Positions 1 through 14,335 of a DNA stretch of 64,000 bases are shown piece after piece (position 1 is the first letter of the stretch; each line of letters begins with the position of its first letter). Below the pieces are notes generated by a model. The model had not been told where the DNA came from. It saw nothing but the letters and a program-made list of their open reading frames with translations, and did not search any database. The position numbers and the translations under genes were made by a program. This DNA is from Eledone cirrhosa (lineage: Eukaryota). Location: assembly GCA_964016885.1 (NCBI GenBank), contig OZ024746.1, positions 42,036,001 to 42,100,000 on the forward strand, given 5' to 3'.

Positions 1-12
1 GCTCAAGACTTT

Positions 13-1200
13 TTGGCAGTATCGGTAGAGGGTCGGATGCCATGCTTTGATGCATAGAGTTACGGCCCTTGCCATTCTGAGTCCAAATCCCGCCGAGGTT
101 AACTTTGCCTTTCATCCTTACGGGGTCGATAAAATAAAGTACCAGTAATACACTGGCGAATTGCTGGCCTTGTGCCAAAAGTAGAAACAATTATTATTAT
201 CAATAATAAGTTCAAATCCTGCTGAGGTTAGCTTTGCCTTTCATCCTTACAGGGTCGATAAAATAAAGCTCTAGGGAGTACAGGGTTTGATATAATCGAC
301 TTTCATCTCCCCTAAAATTGATTGCTTTGTGCCTATATAAGAAAACATTATCAAAAAATAAAAGGGTGGTGGATTGGCAGAGTTCGGACAACTACTTAGC
401 TGTATTTTATTCCAAGGTTAACTTTGCCTTTCAACCTGGCCTTGTGTCTAAATTAGAAATCATTATTAAAAGATAAAAGTGCAGTGAATTGGCAGACTCA
501 TTAGATCATTGGATAAAATTCTTTATAGTATTCATTCTAGTATTCTGCACTCTGAATTCCAATCCCATCATGGTCAACTTCTCCTTTCAATCCTCCTGAG
601 TCGATAAATAAAGTACCAGTCATGTACCTGTATCATTATAATCAACTTCCCCTTCCTGCAAAATTGTTGGACTTAGATATCATTATTAAATGATGGATTG
701 GTAGTATCGGTAGAGCATTGGACAATATCCTTTGCGACATAGAGTTACGCCCCTTTGCGTTCTGAGTTCAAATCCCACCAAGGTTAGCTTTTCCTTTCAT
801 CCTTATGAGGGCTATAAAATAAAGCACCAGTAAAGCACTGGGGTCAATTTAATCGAACTTTCCCTCTCCCCAAATTGCTTGCCTTGTGCCTATAGTAGAA
901 ATCCTTATTTAAAGATAAAAAAAGGGTAGTGGATTGGCAGTTGTTGGAGTTTGGGACTTTGTAATATTTGTTATAGCTCTTTACATTCTAAATTCAAATC
1001 TCACCAAGATAAACTTTGCTTTTCATCCTTTCAGATGTTGATAATGAAAAATACCAGTAAAGTACTGGGGTTGGCATAATTGACTTTCCCCTCCCATCAA
1101 AATTGCTGGCCTTAATTCCTGGCCTTGTCACTGAATTATAAATCATTATTAAAAGAAATTGTTACTTAGTACAGTTTCATTGAGTTAGCTTTGCCTTTCC
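13..1200 (+). mobile_element. Head-to-tail array of about 7 diverged tRNA-derived SINE copies (family 1)
   Basis: Recurring unit: TGGCAGTATCGG (A-box-like), GAGTTCAAATCC (B-box), body GCCTTTCATCCTTACGGGGTCGATAAAATAAAGTACCAG (resembles the Meta/MESC SINE domain from memory), tail GTAGAAACAATTATT. Confidence 0.85.
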
Positions 1201-2876
1201 TCTTTCTGGAAGAAGGGTGGGTTATGGTTTGATCTCAGAATCTATAGAAATGTAAATAAATACTACAAGGTGTTTTCTATGGCATACTACTGATTTTACT
1301 ATCCTCTCCAAATTTATGACTAATATATTGAGAAAAGTTGATAAAGATTCATTTAATAGTCAAATCCAACTTATACACATTCAAGTGGTTTTCTTTTCTT
1401 TGAGAGATTTTCAAAATCTACTGGCTGTAGACACTTCGTAAAATTTTAAATTAAATTCTGTAGCTCAAATGAAATTGGAAAAATGAAAAGCAAACCACAA
1501 AATAACGAAACACTCACATGCCAATAAGAAGAAAGAAAATAAAATCATTGCAGTTATTTTATTCATTTATACTAAGTATGTAAAACTAGCATAAATATAT
1601 TTAGATTAAGAAACTTTTCAATTTGAAACAACCAAATATTTCCTGACACAGTTCACACCTCTCATACATAGGTACCCAACATAGTCATAAAGTAGAGTCT
1701 TGGTATAATAAATAGAAAGTTCAATGAATTGGTAATTTTATAGAATACTACACATATATTTTAAACCAACTAGCTTAAAGCTGATATAGATATGATATAC
1801 CTATCATACAATCAAGGAGGTAGGCACCTAACACAAATAAGAATTATAACAAAATAACCGTTGTTGGTCAAAAAGAAAGAAAATAAATACTTAGAAGCCA
1901 GAAAGAATAGATTGGTGAGTATTCAGCCATAAAAAAACTTGCCAAACAAAAGGTCAGGAGGACACTTTAGTTATGTGAAGGATATGACAGCCTCCCTACA
2001 TGATAAATGCACTCAGGTTTATGTATTTGTAAGTCCTGGAGCTTTGGTTATGTATTTGTCTGTGTCTGTCTGTGTGTTTTTTATTATCATTTCCAGAGAA
2101 CCTATTATTATAGGGATTTAGGGATTGTTTCTGTTTTTATCATACAGGTAGATTTTTTACATGAAATGTAGTTAAAATATGATAACTAAAATCTAAAAAA
2201 AAAGTAAAGTCTGTCTTGATTTCAGAGGTTGGTGCTTATTCCAGTTTCCTTGGAGTTAAGCAACTGAGAGTGCAGGACTCAATACCCCAGTGAGAATGAT
2301 AGTCAATCAATTGGTTAAACTCTCAGCCATTACTGATACTCATTTTCAGCTGTGTTGCTCCAGCAAAGTGAAATGAACTGCTTTGCTCAAGAACACAATA
2401 TCAGCAGACTGGTAAATAATCCACCAATATAAGCTATGAAGATGGAATTAGCAGAAAAATTGTCAAAGGACTGGCATGAGTGAAAATATCTTAATCAACT
2501 CCATATTGGAATTAGCCAAAGCTGAGACACCAAAGTGAAATGGGGACATAACATGAAATCTGTCTCTGTGACTATAGAGGCATTTGTTGATTTGTCTATT
2601 ATTGGATTTCCTTCGTTGTTTGGATGATTTTAGAACTAACGCAAATAATGTGCAAGGTTGCATAAAAAAGTAGAAAGATTTGATATAAACACAAAAAAAT
2701 AATAATAGTGATAAAAATAAATCATTATTGTAAATATTTATAGAAATTCAATTTCGAATAGAAATGCTATACAGAAGGAAATGCTGGTGTCTCTAATGTT
2801 AATATAGAACTGTTGTTTGTAAAGACAGCAGAATAGCAGAAATAATACAATACTGGATTAAATAAGGATTTCTACT

Positions 2877-3075
2877 AAAGGCACAAGACCAGCAATTTGG
2901 GGAGAGGGGAAAGTCGATTAAATCGACCCCAGTGTGTTACTGGTGCTTTATTTTATCGACCTCGTAAGGATGAAAGGCAAAGTTAACCTCAGTCGGGATT
3001 TGAACTCAGAATGTAAAGGGCCGTAACTATATGCCACAAAGTATGTTGTCCAGCGCTCTACCGATTATTGCCAAT
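2877..3075 (-). mobile_element. tRNA-derived SINE family 1
   Basis: Reverse complement of the same unit (GGATTTGAACTC, GGATGAAAGGCAAAG). Confidence 0.85.
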
Positions 3076-4005
3076 AGTATTTCACTATATCTCACTATGG
3101 TCTGGGTTCAAATTAATATGCTGGAAATAATTTTGTCTTTCATTTCTCTGGAGTCAATAAAATGAGGGCCAATCATTTGCTGGCATTGATTAAGCTAACT
3201 TTACATATCCCTACAAAATCATGGTAGTTAACTCTGAATTAAATTGATATAAGTCTGTATGGTTAATAAATCCTGATAAACTAACCTCTGTGAATAATCT
3301 GTACTTAGCAAAGAGAGGAAGTTAGACATTTAAACTGGAATCTTTCATTATATCTAATTACTATTTTATTTCATTGGCTTATATTTGTTTTGACCTACAG
3401 TAATTTAGAAATTTAAAATTTTGGAATCCTATTTTTAATATGAATATTTTTTTAATTTACAGATTTATTATATTTAAGTTTTGAATTAAAATGAAAATTA
3501 CATATGTTGTTAGAATCCTAACAACATTGTCAAAATTTTAGATAGGTAAAATAATAAACGATCAGAATAAAACTCATGTTGATGATGATGTGATATATCA
3601 TAGAGCTGGAATTGCTTACTCAGAGTTTTGTACTACCAACAATCATTCAACTGAAGTGCTTCAGTTGCTTAGTCAGTGGTAGCACAAAACTCTAAGTAAC
3701 AAGAGGGAAAAGAAGGAGAAAGAGAGAACAATCTCATCTCTTGACGAATATAGGTAGATATATTTATCTATTTTATATCTAAATTGACAAATAATGACAT
3801 CGTTGGTTACAGGTTTTCAGTTGGGCTATCATTAGTTCACTGTACCTTTGAATGTCTAATCTGCTGCAAAGGACTTCACTCATATAGCACTAGTTTTTTT
3901 ATCTTCACCAAATTTTATATCTTATGCCAATATAGATTCAGGAAATTACACATACCTCAAAAATACATATATATATATACACACATACACCATATATATA
4001 TATAT

Positions 4006-4797
4006 ATATTGTTATGCTTTGGGAGGGTCATGTTGCCAATAAGAAACACACGCACCAGTTTCTTTCACTCCAATTTATTATAAGTTAAATTTATAAATTT
4101 AAGAATTTATAAATTTCCAGTTGGTTGGTTGGTTGGTTCCACAACCGGACAGTTGTACATATATTGTCAAAGTTCTTTTGTCACACATTCTAAATTAGAG
4201 AACATAAAAATAAAAATAGAATCTACACACAGAAAGGATGCAATGTTTAAACAAATCACAGAGGCAATAAACATAAATGAACTCCAACCAAAATTAAATA
4301 GAAAACATGAATGGAATAGCAACATCACAACTTACAATTAAGGACAAAATGAAAACACACACACACATAGAACAAACAACCAACCAGTAACATGTAAATA
4401 AACAAATAAATAAACAAATATAAACACACACAGACACCCGGATGTAACACATGCGCAAACTAAGCACACAACACACACAAAAACAAGATGGCGTAGAACA
4501 GAACAAAGGAGAGGCACAAAAACAAAGAAAAGAATCCCCAGTCACTGAAGAAGTCACAGAATGTGTGACGAAAGAACTTTGACAATATATGTACAACCGT
4601 CCAGTTGTGGAACCAACCAACCAACTGGAAATTTATAAATTCTTAAATTTATAAATTTAACTTATAATAAATAGAGTGAAAGCAACTGGTGCGTGTGTTT
4701 CTTATTGGCAACATGACCCTCCCAAAGCATAACAATATCGGTTTCAACACACGTTTTCAGATAAAGAATCTTGCTAAACAAATTCAGAAACGAAATA
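4006..4797. mobile_element. Non-coding fold-back element (family F1) in (TA)n, probably PLE-derived
   Basis: Arms about 4006-4191 and 4558-4738 are inverted repeats; flanked by TA runs; related pieces at 28548-28768, 47570-47690 and 50930-51478. Confidence 0.75.
4541..4583 (+). ncRNA. Minimal type I hammerhead ribozyme (F1)
   Basis: GTCA-CTGAAGA-A-GTCACA-gaatg-TGTGAC-GAAA-GAAC-TT-TGAC: stem I GTCA/TGAC, 6-bp stem II, minimal stem III, CUU triplet. Confidence 0.8.
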
Positions 4798-5054
4798 TAT
4801 ATATATATATATACTGTGGTAAAAGTTGGGTAGAAATATCCAAGGGTAGGAACACTCAGTCCATAGGACAAGTTCAGTATAAATAGTTACAACAGTGACA
4901 TATACAGCTACTTAAGTTTCGTTGGGTTCTTCACCCCAACTCATTCAGCCTGTTATGAAAATAAAGAAATAAGGATGCCCCCCGGAGGTTGTATTTGGTT
5001 TACTTTCTGAAGGTTATTTGAAAGTTCAAATAAAGAGAGGTAATTTCGTAAAAT

Positions 5055-5352
5055 TATGTTGGTATCACAACAAAAAGCACCCAGCCCACACTCTGAAGTG
5101 GTCATGTAGGAGTCATGACAAAAAGCCCCTAGCATACACTGTAAAGTGGTTGTGTAGGAATCATGACAAAAAGCACCCAGCATGCACTGTAAATGTGGTG
5201 GGCATTAGGAGAGGCATCCAGCCATTGAAACTTCACCAGAAACAGTTTATGTGAGCAAGACATGGTCACCTGACCCAACTTGCCTCTAATTGGACAACCG
5301 GTCTAACCCATGCTAGCATGGAAAATGGATGTTAACGATGATGGTGATGATG
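5055..5352 (+). mobile_element. RTE-related short element with about 48-bp internal tandem units
   Basis: AAAAAGCACCCAG units x3, GGCATCCAGCC motif, tail GCTAGCATGGAAAATGGATGTTAACGATGATG like the RTE 3' end. Confidence 0.7.
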
Positions 5353-6769
5353 ATATAGACAGGGTTGCAGAATAAACACTGACATGTATCTTTGAAACCA
5401 TTCCAAGAAGATGCATGAAAATTAATACCTAGCAGTATGAAATGATATATTATGTACTTTTTTTACAACCTTCTCTATCTATAACTGTGGAATTCATATA
5501 ATGGATTTAATTATACTTGGGGATACACCAGGAAAGCAACTGGATAATTGCGATGATCTATTCTATCTACCACAAAGTACAACCGAACTGGTAAGTCGCC
5601 TTTTCTTTTTTGTTCACACACATTTACTCACAGTACAAACGATGGGAGTTGCCTGCAAAAAAATTGATACTTAAAACTTATATCCTATTGTCATAACCCT
5701 GTCAAACTGAAGAGTTCTTGCAACCCTTTGTTTGACTGGCGTCCTATGACTAATTGAACTTACTAATTCCAATCACTTTACAGATTGTACTGCATGCATT
5801 TTATTGTGGCACTAACACTAGGGAGGTTGTCAGACATTGACTCAACTGAAAAGACTGTTCTACCTTATGGAGAGGATGCAGATGCCTTGTTCCCAGCAAA
5901 CCATTTTTAGGGGTGAGAATAAGAGAAGTCTAAATGGGTATGACAATGTCTTGTCTTTGTCATTTCCTATCCTCATTCCTGACAGACCATGGACAATTGC
6001 ATCAATACTCATTTATATGATGCTGTATGTCCAAGATTCTCATCAGGAAAAAAGTTGTGTCAGTGGATCCTGAATTTTTATCACCATTACTCAGTAGCTG
6101 GCTACCACGCTACAGCTCATTCATCTTCATCACAAGAATGACACTGTTGACCATTTGAAAAGTTGTCACCAGCGTAATTAAAGAATCCCATTAACCCCAG
6201 TTTTGAAATATGATCCTTCTCCTCAATCGACTGCCAACAATGGCTAACAAGCTCTGTATAACCGGTTTTTATTTGCACACTATTGGATGGCTATTGACTC
6301 TCCTGATTTGCTCTACTCTTTGATGGGTTGTGTTTTTCATCACACAGAGTGTCTGAAAATCACCCTCCACATCAAGCATGCTTTGTGGGGTTGCCAGTTT
6401 AGTCAGCAATGATCCAACTATATAATAGTGTATTAGGTTACATGTTACTAGTAGGTGAAAAGTGACAATAGGTGAAGGAAAAAGGAAGAGTGACAACAAT
6501 GATACCATGAGTGTATGACAAGTATGGTGGGAATTTACAGGTTGACATGAGGGAGAGAGGGGATAGGCATGATCACTGATAAAGTGGATGGACATAACAA
6601 TTATGAAAATAATTAATAAAAGGAAGTGTTATGGAAGTAGAATAAGAAAAGATAAGATTGGGCCAGATCATATTCTCACATGGGATGTGTTAAAGATGGG
6701 GAAAAGGATATTTGTGTGTAGCAAATACAATAACAGAAATGGCAGGGAGTTTTATGCTGGACATGTTGC

Positions 6770-7120
6770 TGGTCTTCTCTAGTCACCACAGTCCTTTGTC
6801 ATATCTGGTATGAGGATCATCTTTTCAAAGGTCAGTTTTTATTACTTTATCCGATATCTTTATAGTTTTTCTGGTCTGGTCCCATTCATTGAGATTTCTC
6901 TGCATTTCTTTATGCAACTGTCATAAGTGACATCTTCCATAATCTCTACGTAACCATATCAGCCAAGTAAATTAGACTTCGCTTTTACTGAATTCTCACC
7001 TTACTTATGCTACTTCATTCATGGACACTAAAATTACACATCTACCAGGGTATACAGATCTTCTGCAATCACAGATCTTCTGCAATAAAAGCCTATGTCT
7101 CACTGCCATGCAGCATTGTA
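6770..7120 (-). mobile_element. Highly decayed RTE 3' fragment
   Basis: Weak similarity to the RTE C-terminal region (LHGSETW-like and RL.WYGH-like remnants). Confidence 0.4.
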
Positions 7121-7132
7121 AGTATCATAGAG

Positions 7133-7183
<51 letters not shown>

Positions 7184-8646
7184 TTTGTTTACTTTTTCAT
7201 ATATATATATATATATATATATGAAAAAGTAAACAAAAACAATGAAGCAAACAATACAGTAGAATGCAGAAATATATTAGTTTAATGCTTGGTATAGTAG
7301 GAAAAGTCCTTCATCAGAAGATAGAATGAAAAATAAAAAATGAAGTAGAAAGATAAGGAGTGAGAAGAAGAAGGAACAGAGAAACATTTTTGAAAAAAAG
7401 CATGTGTGCATTCAGTCAGCCAATTTGGATTTATATATATATTCATTTATTATGGCTAAGTGGTAAGCCTTGTTACAAATGATATGTGTATGTGTGTGAG
7501 TGTGTTTATGAATGTCTGTGGTACTATATACATACACAGAGGAGGAATCAAAAAAGTTTATAAAGGGAAGTTTGTAAAGCAAAATGGAAGTAAAATTTAG
7601 CTGAGAATACCAAAATTAAAAACCAAAGAATTACCCAATAGAAACATTAAAAATTTGGAAACCTAGAATGGAATATTTATATTTATTTATTTCCTTATTT
7701 ACAAAGAACCAAGAATAAAACTAAAGCGCTTAATCATGATATATTAACTCAAATCTTAGTAATTAGACACACATTTAGTGACTTTGTCCATTAGGGGAAA
7801 GCAAATAGCTAAATATTTAGCATTTGAAGAAAACAAATGTCAGAGGCAATAAAGATGGAAATATATTATAAAATGGACATAAAATATCTCAAAGGAATAG
7901 AAAATAAAATTAAGAAGAGAGTTGGTTATTGATGGGATGTGTTGAAGAGAGATTCAATGTCTGTCACTAATGTAAGATTTCTCAACAAGCAAAATAATGA
8001 CTAAGGAGTAACCTACACACACACACACACACACATATGTGTGTGTGTGAAATAGACTGTAGTCTATATGAATTTTACGTGGTGATCATTTGCTGGAGAT
8101 GCTCATTTGCATATAGTCAATTGATATATGAGTAACCTTGCTACTGAAGAAAAATATTTTATTAATTTTATTTTTTTGTAAAAAATAAAATTAATTTTCT
8201 CTATTTTCCTGTGAATGTATTACAGAGATCCAGGATAACCATTCCGCTCTATCAAAGACATAACAACTTTTCTAGTGTTGGTGTCATGATAAAATGCACT
8301 TGTTAGGGTATAGCATCATATGTGAGATGCAGGGCTCCCAGCTCATCTGAAAGGCCAGTAGCCCTGCTTGGGTACTGACTCAGTCAGTGAAGGCCTGTCA
8401 AATCATTGCTAGCATGGAAAACAGACATTAAATGATGTTAATGATGATATATCTCTCTCACTCTATATATATACTGCCTTAACACAAATCTAGAAAAGAT
8501 GGACTTTGCACAACCAGAAAGAGCATGACTATTTAAGAAATTGAAAGTACAAGCCATGAATGGAACTATAAAATTATGTAAAACATTCTAGATGTTTAGC
8601 ATGTAATAACTGCATAGACACATGTGTAGATGTAGAAACGTTTGTC

Positions 8647-8677
<31 letters not shown>

Positions 8678-11279
8678 ATACATGTATGTGTGTTTCTATC
8701 TATATATATGTGTGTGTGTTTTATTACATGGATATAGTCACAAGTATACACATACTCTCATGTATGTATGGATGGATCTGTAACTACTAATGGAACTGTA
8801 GGGGTGCCAGATTGACATACAACGTTTCTTGGGCCTTTTTCAACCTGGCAGAACCCATCTAAATGCAGGATATTGTTTCCAGGGAACATAAAAGAGTGAG
8901 AGAGAGGAAGTGAGAAAGATATATAGAAGAAGAATCAACCCCTCTTTTTTTATTGACCTTGAAAGGATGAAAGGCAATTTGAACTGTGAATACAGAGAGC
9001 CAGAACAAATAATACAAAGCATTCTATGTAATGTTCTAATGACTCTGCTAACACACCCCTTATACACACACATGGATGTGTGTGTGTGTGTGTGTGAATG
9101 TATGTTTGCGTGCGTGTGCATATATATTACTAACAGAATAACATTCTTTTTATTCTCCCTCTGCTGATAAATATCTGTTTAGAAGTATATTTGTAAAAGG
9201 AACTTGAAGTGGATACAGCGATTAGATATTGAATGCACTAAACACATTTCTAGACAGTCTTTAATCTTCCCGCTTCTAAGCTTAACCATTTAGTTACATG
9301 CATATGTAATATATCCGTTGTAATATATATATCTTATTTTGGTGATAATAACCTCTCTTATTGAGTGTCTGATCAAGGTTACCTTTTAACTAAGTGTTCT
9401 GGCTCTCTAAATTCTAAATCTGTCCCAAGCCTGACATGTTTCTGTTGAAGTAAGATACAAGTAGTTGATGTATTATCACTCTGGATGATTTTATGGTTGT
9501 TGTTTAGCCCCAGGTAAAACCTTAATACAGTTGTACTAAGTTCAAAAGTATTCTGACTGTGACTATCCAGTTTCTTTTTCCACACACTGTGTCTGGGACT
9601 ACATTATCCAATGCATACTTTTTTAAGGTGGTAGGGTGCAATTTTATTGGGATTTGGCTGTTTTTACTAACAGGTCAAGCAACCAAATATAAACTCCTTT
9701 TTTGTCTCATTTATCTCTTTGCATTAGATTAAACTTGGAGCCTTTAAAATTAATCATGTTACATTCTTTCCAAGTGCAGATAAAATAATGACCAGTTTAT
9801 ATCTCATGAGTTTATATCTGCTGCAAGATATTTCACTGTGCCTTCATTTGGACTCTATGTTATATTTGTTATGAATTCTACTTTCCTAGCTGATGAGCCA
9901 GCAAGGGAACCTTCATGTAAACTGTTTGACCTGTTAGGACATAGCAACTCCCATCCGAACAAGGATGCCTGCAATAAGGGAGTTGTAAATAATATTATAC
10001 ACTAGAAAAGATAAAAAAGAAGAAAGTAAGATATTGTGTTAAAAATCTAATCCATTGAAATTATTGAGAGGAGAAAGAACACGTTCATCACAGATTAATG
10101 ATAATAAAATTAGGAAAATTAACTAAAAGAAGAAAATGAATGGAAACAAGGCAGAATGAAAAAGAAATTTTTTTAAAGGGAAACCTGAAAAATCTTTTTT
10201 GAAAATAAAAAGGCATATAAATATATGCTTAATAACAGATGCAGAACTAATAACCAGTTTCCTGATTTTGTTTTTTGTTTGTTGTGAATATATTTTTCTA
10301 GGCATAGTTATGGCTATTAATGCATACATGGCAGCATGACCTTCCAGGCATGGCTGTGTAGCAAGTAAATTTATTTCAAACAAACTTGGCTTTCAATTGA
10401 GATCCACTGTGTGTCAAATTGAGCAATTGTACTCTACTATAGACTCGACCTTACCAATCTTTTATGAGTGAATTTGGTAGACGCAATGTCTAAGAAAGAG
10501 CGTTGAATATATGTATGCATGCGTGTGTCTGTGTGTTTGTATGACCCTGCCACATTTCACTTCTCTTTGCTTTACCTTTGATATCATTAATGCAGTCAAT
10601 GATATTTGTTTACATTCTACATAAACAAAGGTCCCATGGCTTAGCAGTTAGATGTGTGATGATCTGTATTTTACTCTTTCAAAAATGCCAATTGAGCAGT
10701 AGCATCAAGAAGAGCTTGTGTTTATAGACTTCTATCTGAAAAAGTTTCATTCAACCCATGCCAGTGTAGAAAAATGGAGATAAAACTGATGACAATGCTG
10801 AGTATATATTTTCAACCAAGATATGACAAGATGCCAGCCAACACACAGTATGGAAATTATGTGTTGGTGAGAAGAAAATGCAATTAACAATACGTTTGTC
10901 AAAGAATGCTGAACTCACCAAAGAAATGATTTATTAGGAATCTTAGAATTCTTGTCAGACAAAATATTTTTTTAAGCATTAAAAGTTCACACCTATAATC
11001 AAAAAAGGAGATTAGAATTATGAAACTAAAATCAGGAGCACTATTAACACACTAATTGTTGAAACCATTTTACATTCATTTTTCTATACTCCTGTGTAAG
11101 AATGCAATAAATTTACTAATGCAGGTAAGAAGTTAGTATTGCAACTATGAAGTTCCAAGTTTGATTCATTTATGTTATCTTGGCTATGTTTTCTACTATA
11201 GCCTAAGGTTGAGCAATATTTTATGATGGAATTTGATTGACTGAAAATGAGCAGAAACTGGTTGTGTGTGTGTGTGTGT

Positions 11280-12476
11280 ATCATCATCATCATCATCATC
11301 ATCGTTTAACGTCCATATTCCACGCTTGCATGGGTTTGGACGGGAGTTTTCCCACTTGAGGCAAGAGTGGTTGTCTTGCTCGCATAGGACTGTCTGGCGG
11401 GTTTTCTACGGCTGGATGCCCTTCCTAACACCAACCACATTTACAGTGTGGGTCTGGGAGGTTTTTACCGTGTTACCTACACGGCCACATTACAACGTGG
11501 ACTGTGTGTTTTTTGTCGTGACACCTACACGACCTCATTTGTTTCGGCCTGGATGTTGTGGTACCAACATAACTTTACATTGAAAGGGGTGAGGTGGATG
11601 GGGTGGGGGTAGTGGGACGGCGGTGTATTTTGTTAGAGGTGCCTACTGACTGTAGTAGGTTTTACTTTGTATTTAGGTAAGGCGGATCTTCTCTATTACT
11701 GTGTAGCGCCAAAGATATCGGTCCAGTGACATTGTCTTGGAGAGGTGTAAGTGTGTGAGGTCGGAATTTATGAAGTCGTCACAGGTTTTTCTGGGTCTGC
11801 CTACTCCGTGGCTACCGTCTATTTTTATTGCCCTGCACTTTTTTATACAGCTGTCGTCTTTCATGCGCATACCAGCATAGCCTTCTCTCGAGTAAACAAC
11901 ATCTGATCCCTCTTATTTCTAATTTTTCTCTTAGTTCGTTTATGCTTTGCCGTTCATGTATATTACTATTACACATCCAGCGGAGCATGCAAGCTTCGTT
12001 CCTCTCTAGTCTGCGTATATCCTCTGCACACAATGCCCAGGTCTCACTGTCATGCAACATTGCTGTTCGTATGCAGGCATCATACAGCCTGCCTTTCATT
12101 TTTAGGGAGAACCCTTTAGCAGCTAATAGTGGTATAAGCTCTCTGAACTTTTTCCATCCCGTTCTGACTCTAGCTACTGTACGTTCAGAGCACCCTCCCC
12201 TACTGCTGATTTTGTCACCCAGGTAATGGAAGCTGTCCACTATTTCTATAGAACCATCTGTGCAATTGAAAGAGCTAGTATTCCCTGGGCACTTGCTGCT
12301 ACTTATTGCACCAGAGCACCGGCCACATATAAAATCTATGTTCTTAGTTAGCTTACCTGTGATCCCACTACATCTTTTATGCACCCATACTTTGCATTTG
12401 GGACATAAAATGGAGTTTCTACCTACTCCTTTCCTACACACTGAGCATGGCCATTTCTTGGATGGGACCGGCATCT
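11280..12476 (-). mobile_element. RTE LINE family A, 5'-truncated (PHD finger, C-terminus, 3' UTR, (GAT)n tail)
   Basis: ORFs 11812-12474 and 11673-11870 (KWPCSVCRKG..WVHKRC, FHYLGD, MLHDSETW, GRPRKT); near-identical to 58260-59100. Confidence 0.92.
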
Positions 12477-12483
12477 GGTGTAT

Positions 12484-12810
12484 ATATACATATATATATA
12501 AAGAAAAAAAGATGAAATCGAAAATGCAACTGGAGTCTTATTTAAAAGAAAATATATAAATATATATATTTTTTTAAAAATACAACTCCAGTTGCATTTT
12601 CGATTTCATCTTTTTTTCTTTATACTTTCACTCGTGTAGGACACCTCGGTTATTTTTCATTTTGTAAAAATAACCTCACTTTCTAATAGGCTACTCTAAC
12701 CCTGAACTCGAGAAACCAAAAACGATATCTCGTGTGTGTATATATATATATATATATATACACGAGATATCGTTTTTGGTTTCTCTAGTTCAGAGTTAGA
12801 GTAGCCTATA
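12484..12810. repeat. Two adjacent short fold-backs of family F2 centred on AT-rich/(TA)n spacers
   Basis: AAAGAAAAAAAGATGAAATCGAAAATGCAACTGGAG and its reverse complement; TAGGCTACTCTAAC..GATATCTCGTG and its reverse complement; same family as 31112-31318 and 53948-55172. Confidence 0.75.
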
Positions 12811-13214
12811 ACAAGGACTTGTTTTAGCATACAGTGGTCGTTGACTCAACAAGATGTTTACTTCAGTAGGTTGATTCTAGGGTTATCCTTTGATGGTTCC
12901 ATAATCAGTAATTCTTGGAGTAGTTACAAGTAGAAAAATATAGATTAACACTGATAAGCGGTACAGTAAGGTTTATTTCTAGCATGTTTCATTGCCTGGT
13001 TGTTTTTCATTGTCTTGAAATCGCTATTGTCAATTATCAATTGTGAAAAATCGAATTCAAATACAGAGGAATATATTACAACATAACTGGAAAATTTTCA
13101 AAACAGAGTGGTGATTTATGTTAAAGTAGACCATATAAATATATACATATACACACATATACACACCCAAGAGAAGATGAGGAAAAGAAAGGGTAATAGA
13201 AGAAAAGAAACCAC

Positions 13215-13605
13215 CACCCCTGCCCAACTTCCACTCCACACTGTAAAGAGGTCTTGTTGGTGACACAACCAAAATTGCCCAGTCTACACTGAAAAGTGAT
13301 CATGTCGGTGACATAACAAAAAGCACCCTGTCCACACAGTAAAGTGCTTGTGTAGGTTTCACAACAAAAACTGCCCAACCCTCACCGTAAAGTGGTCATT
13401 TTGGTACCATGATAAAAATCACCCAATACACAATGTAATTGTGGTTGGCATTAAGAAGGGAATCTAGCTTCAGGAACAGCCAGAAACAGAACTGTATGAG
13501 CAAGACATGGTCATCTGATCTGACTTGTCTCAATTGCGACAACTCTTCTAACCCATGTTAGCATGGAAAAAAAGGATGGTGAATGGTGACGAGGATGATG
13601 ATGTC
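13215..13605 (+). mobile_element. RTE-related short element with about 5 tandem 48-bp units
   Basis: Repeated AAAA.CACCC..CACTGTAAAG units, GAAGGGAATCTAGC motif, GATGATG tail. Confidence 0.6.
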
Positions 13606-14270
13606 AACAATACATTCTACTTTCCAAAACAAAACAATTATACCCCTACATTAATCAATATAAACAAGGAAAATCATTTAACTCTCACCACAGCTAAAGC
13701 CTAAGCTAATATTAACAATACAGCAACTAAAACCATGAAGAGAGTAGTAGTCCTTCATACCAGAAACCTTTCAATGGGCATCCTTGTCCACAGTATCATC
13801 AAACTACAATATATATGAAACTATTTCTCTCGTAATCCCAACCAACATCGAAATAAAGGCAAACAAATACACCAAACCTAACCCTAACCATGACTCACCA
13901 TAGGAAATACAATTACTCAGCTACAAATTCCATGGTTAACACAATTAATTAATCATCCGTATCTATTTAATAATATATCATATCAATATTAACAAACTAA
14001 GCAGCACAGACAAAATCAAAATTAAGGCAGACAATATTATATTCTCTACAACAAAACATATCTCACTTATGTTAAAGGACTTAAAATGAAGAAAACCATC
14101 CTCCCCTTCCCCCAATTAAAATCTTAACTACACCAAACTAATCATATCAAGAGAGAAACCCTTCATACCAGACTCAAATGTGTTCATCTATATATGTATG
14201 TGTTATCTAAGTATGTATGTGTATTTAGGAGCATATTTAAAGATACTCTTAAAGGGAACACACACACATA

Positions 14271-14318
<48 letters not shown>

Positions 14319-14335
14319 ATTATATATAAATCATA

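Noticed and set aside
13-1200. SINE heads as tRNA genes, or the arrays as CRISPR
   Set aside because: No complete cloverleaf; the units are about 190-bp SINEs without unique spacers; eukaryotic context and no cas genes.
4735-4770. CTGAAAA..GAAACCGAT on the minus strand as a second F1 hammerhead
   Set aside because: C3-A8 mismatch and poor stems; a better motif exists at 4541.
5355-6260. Possible Tc1/mariner transposase relic on the minus strand
   Set aside because: Only faint motif echoes; no TIR pair or catalytic motif could be fixed by eye.
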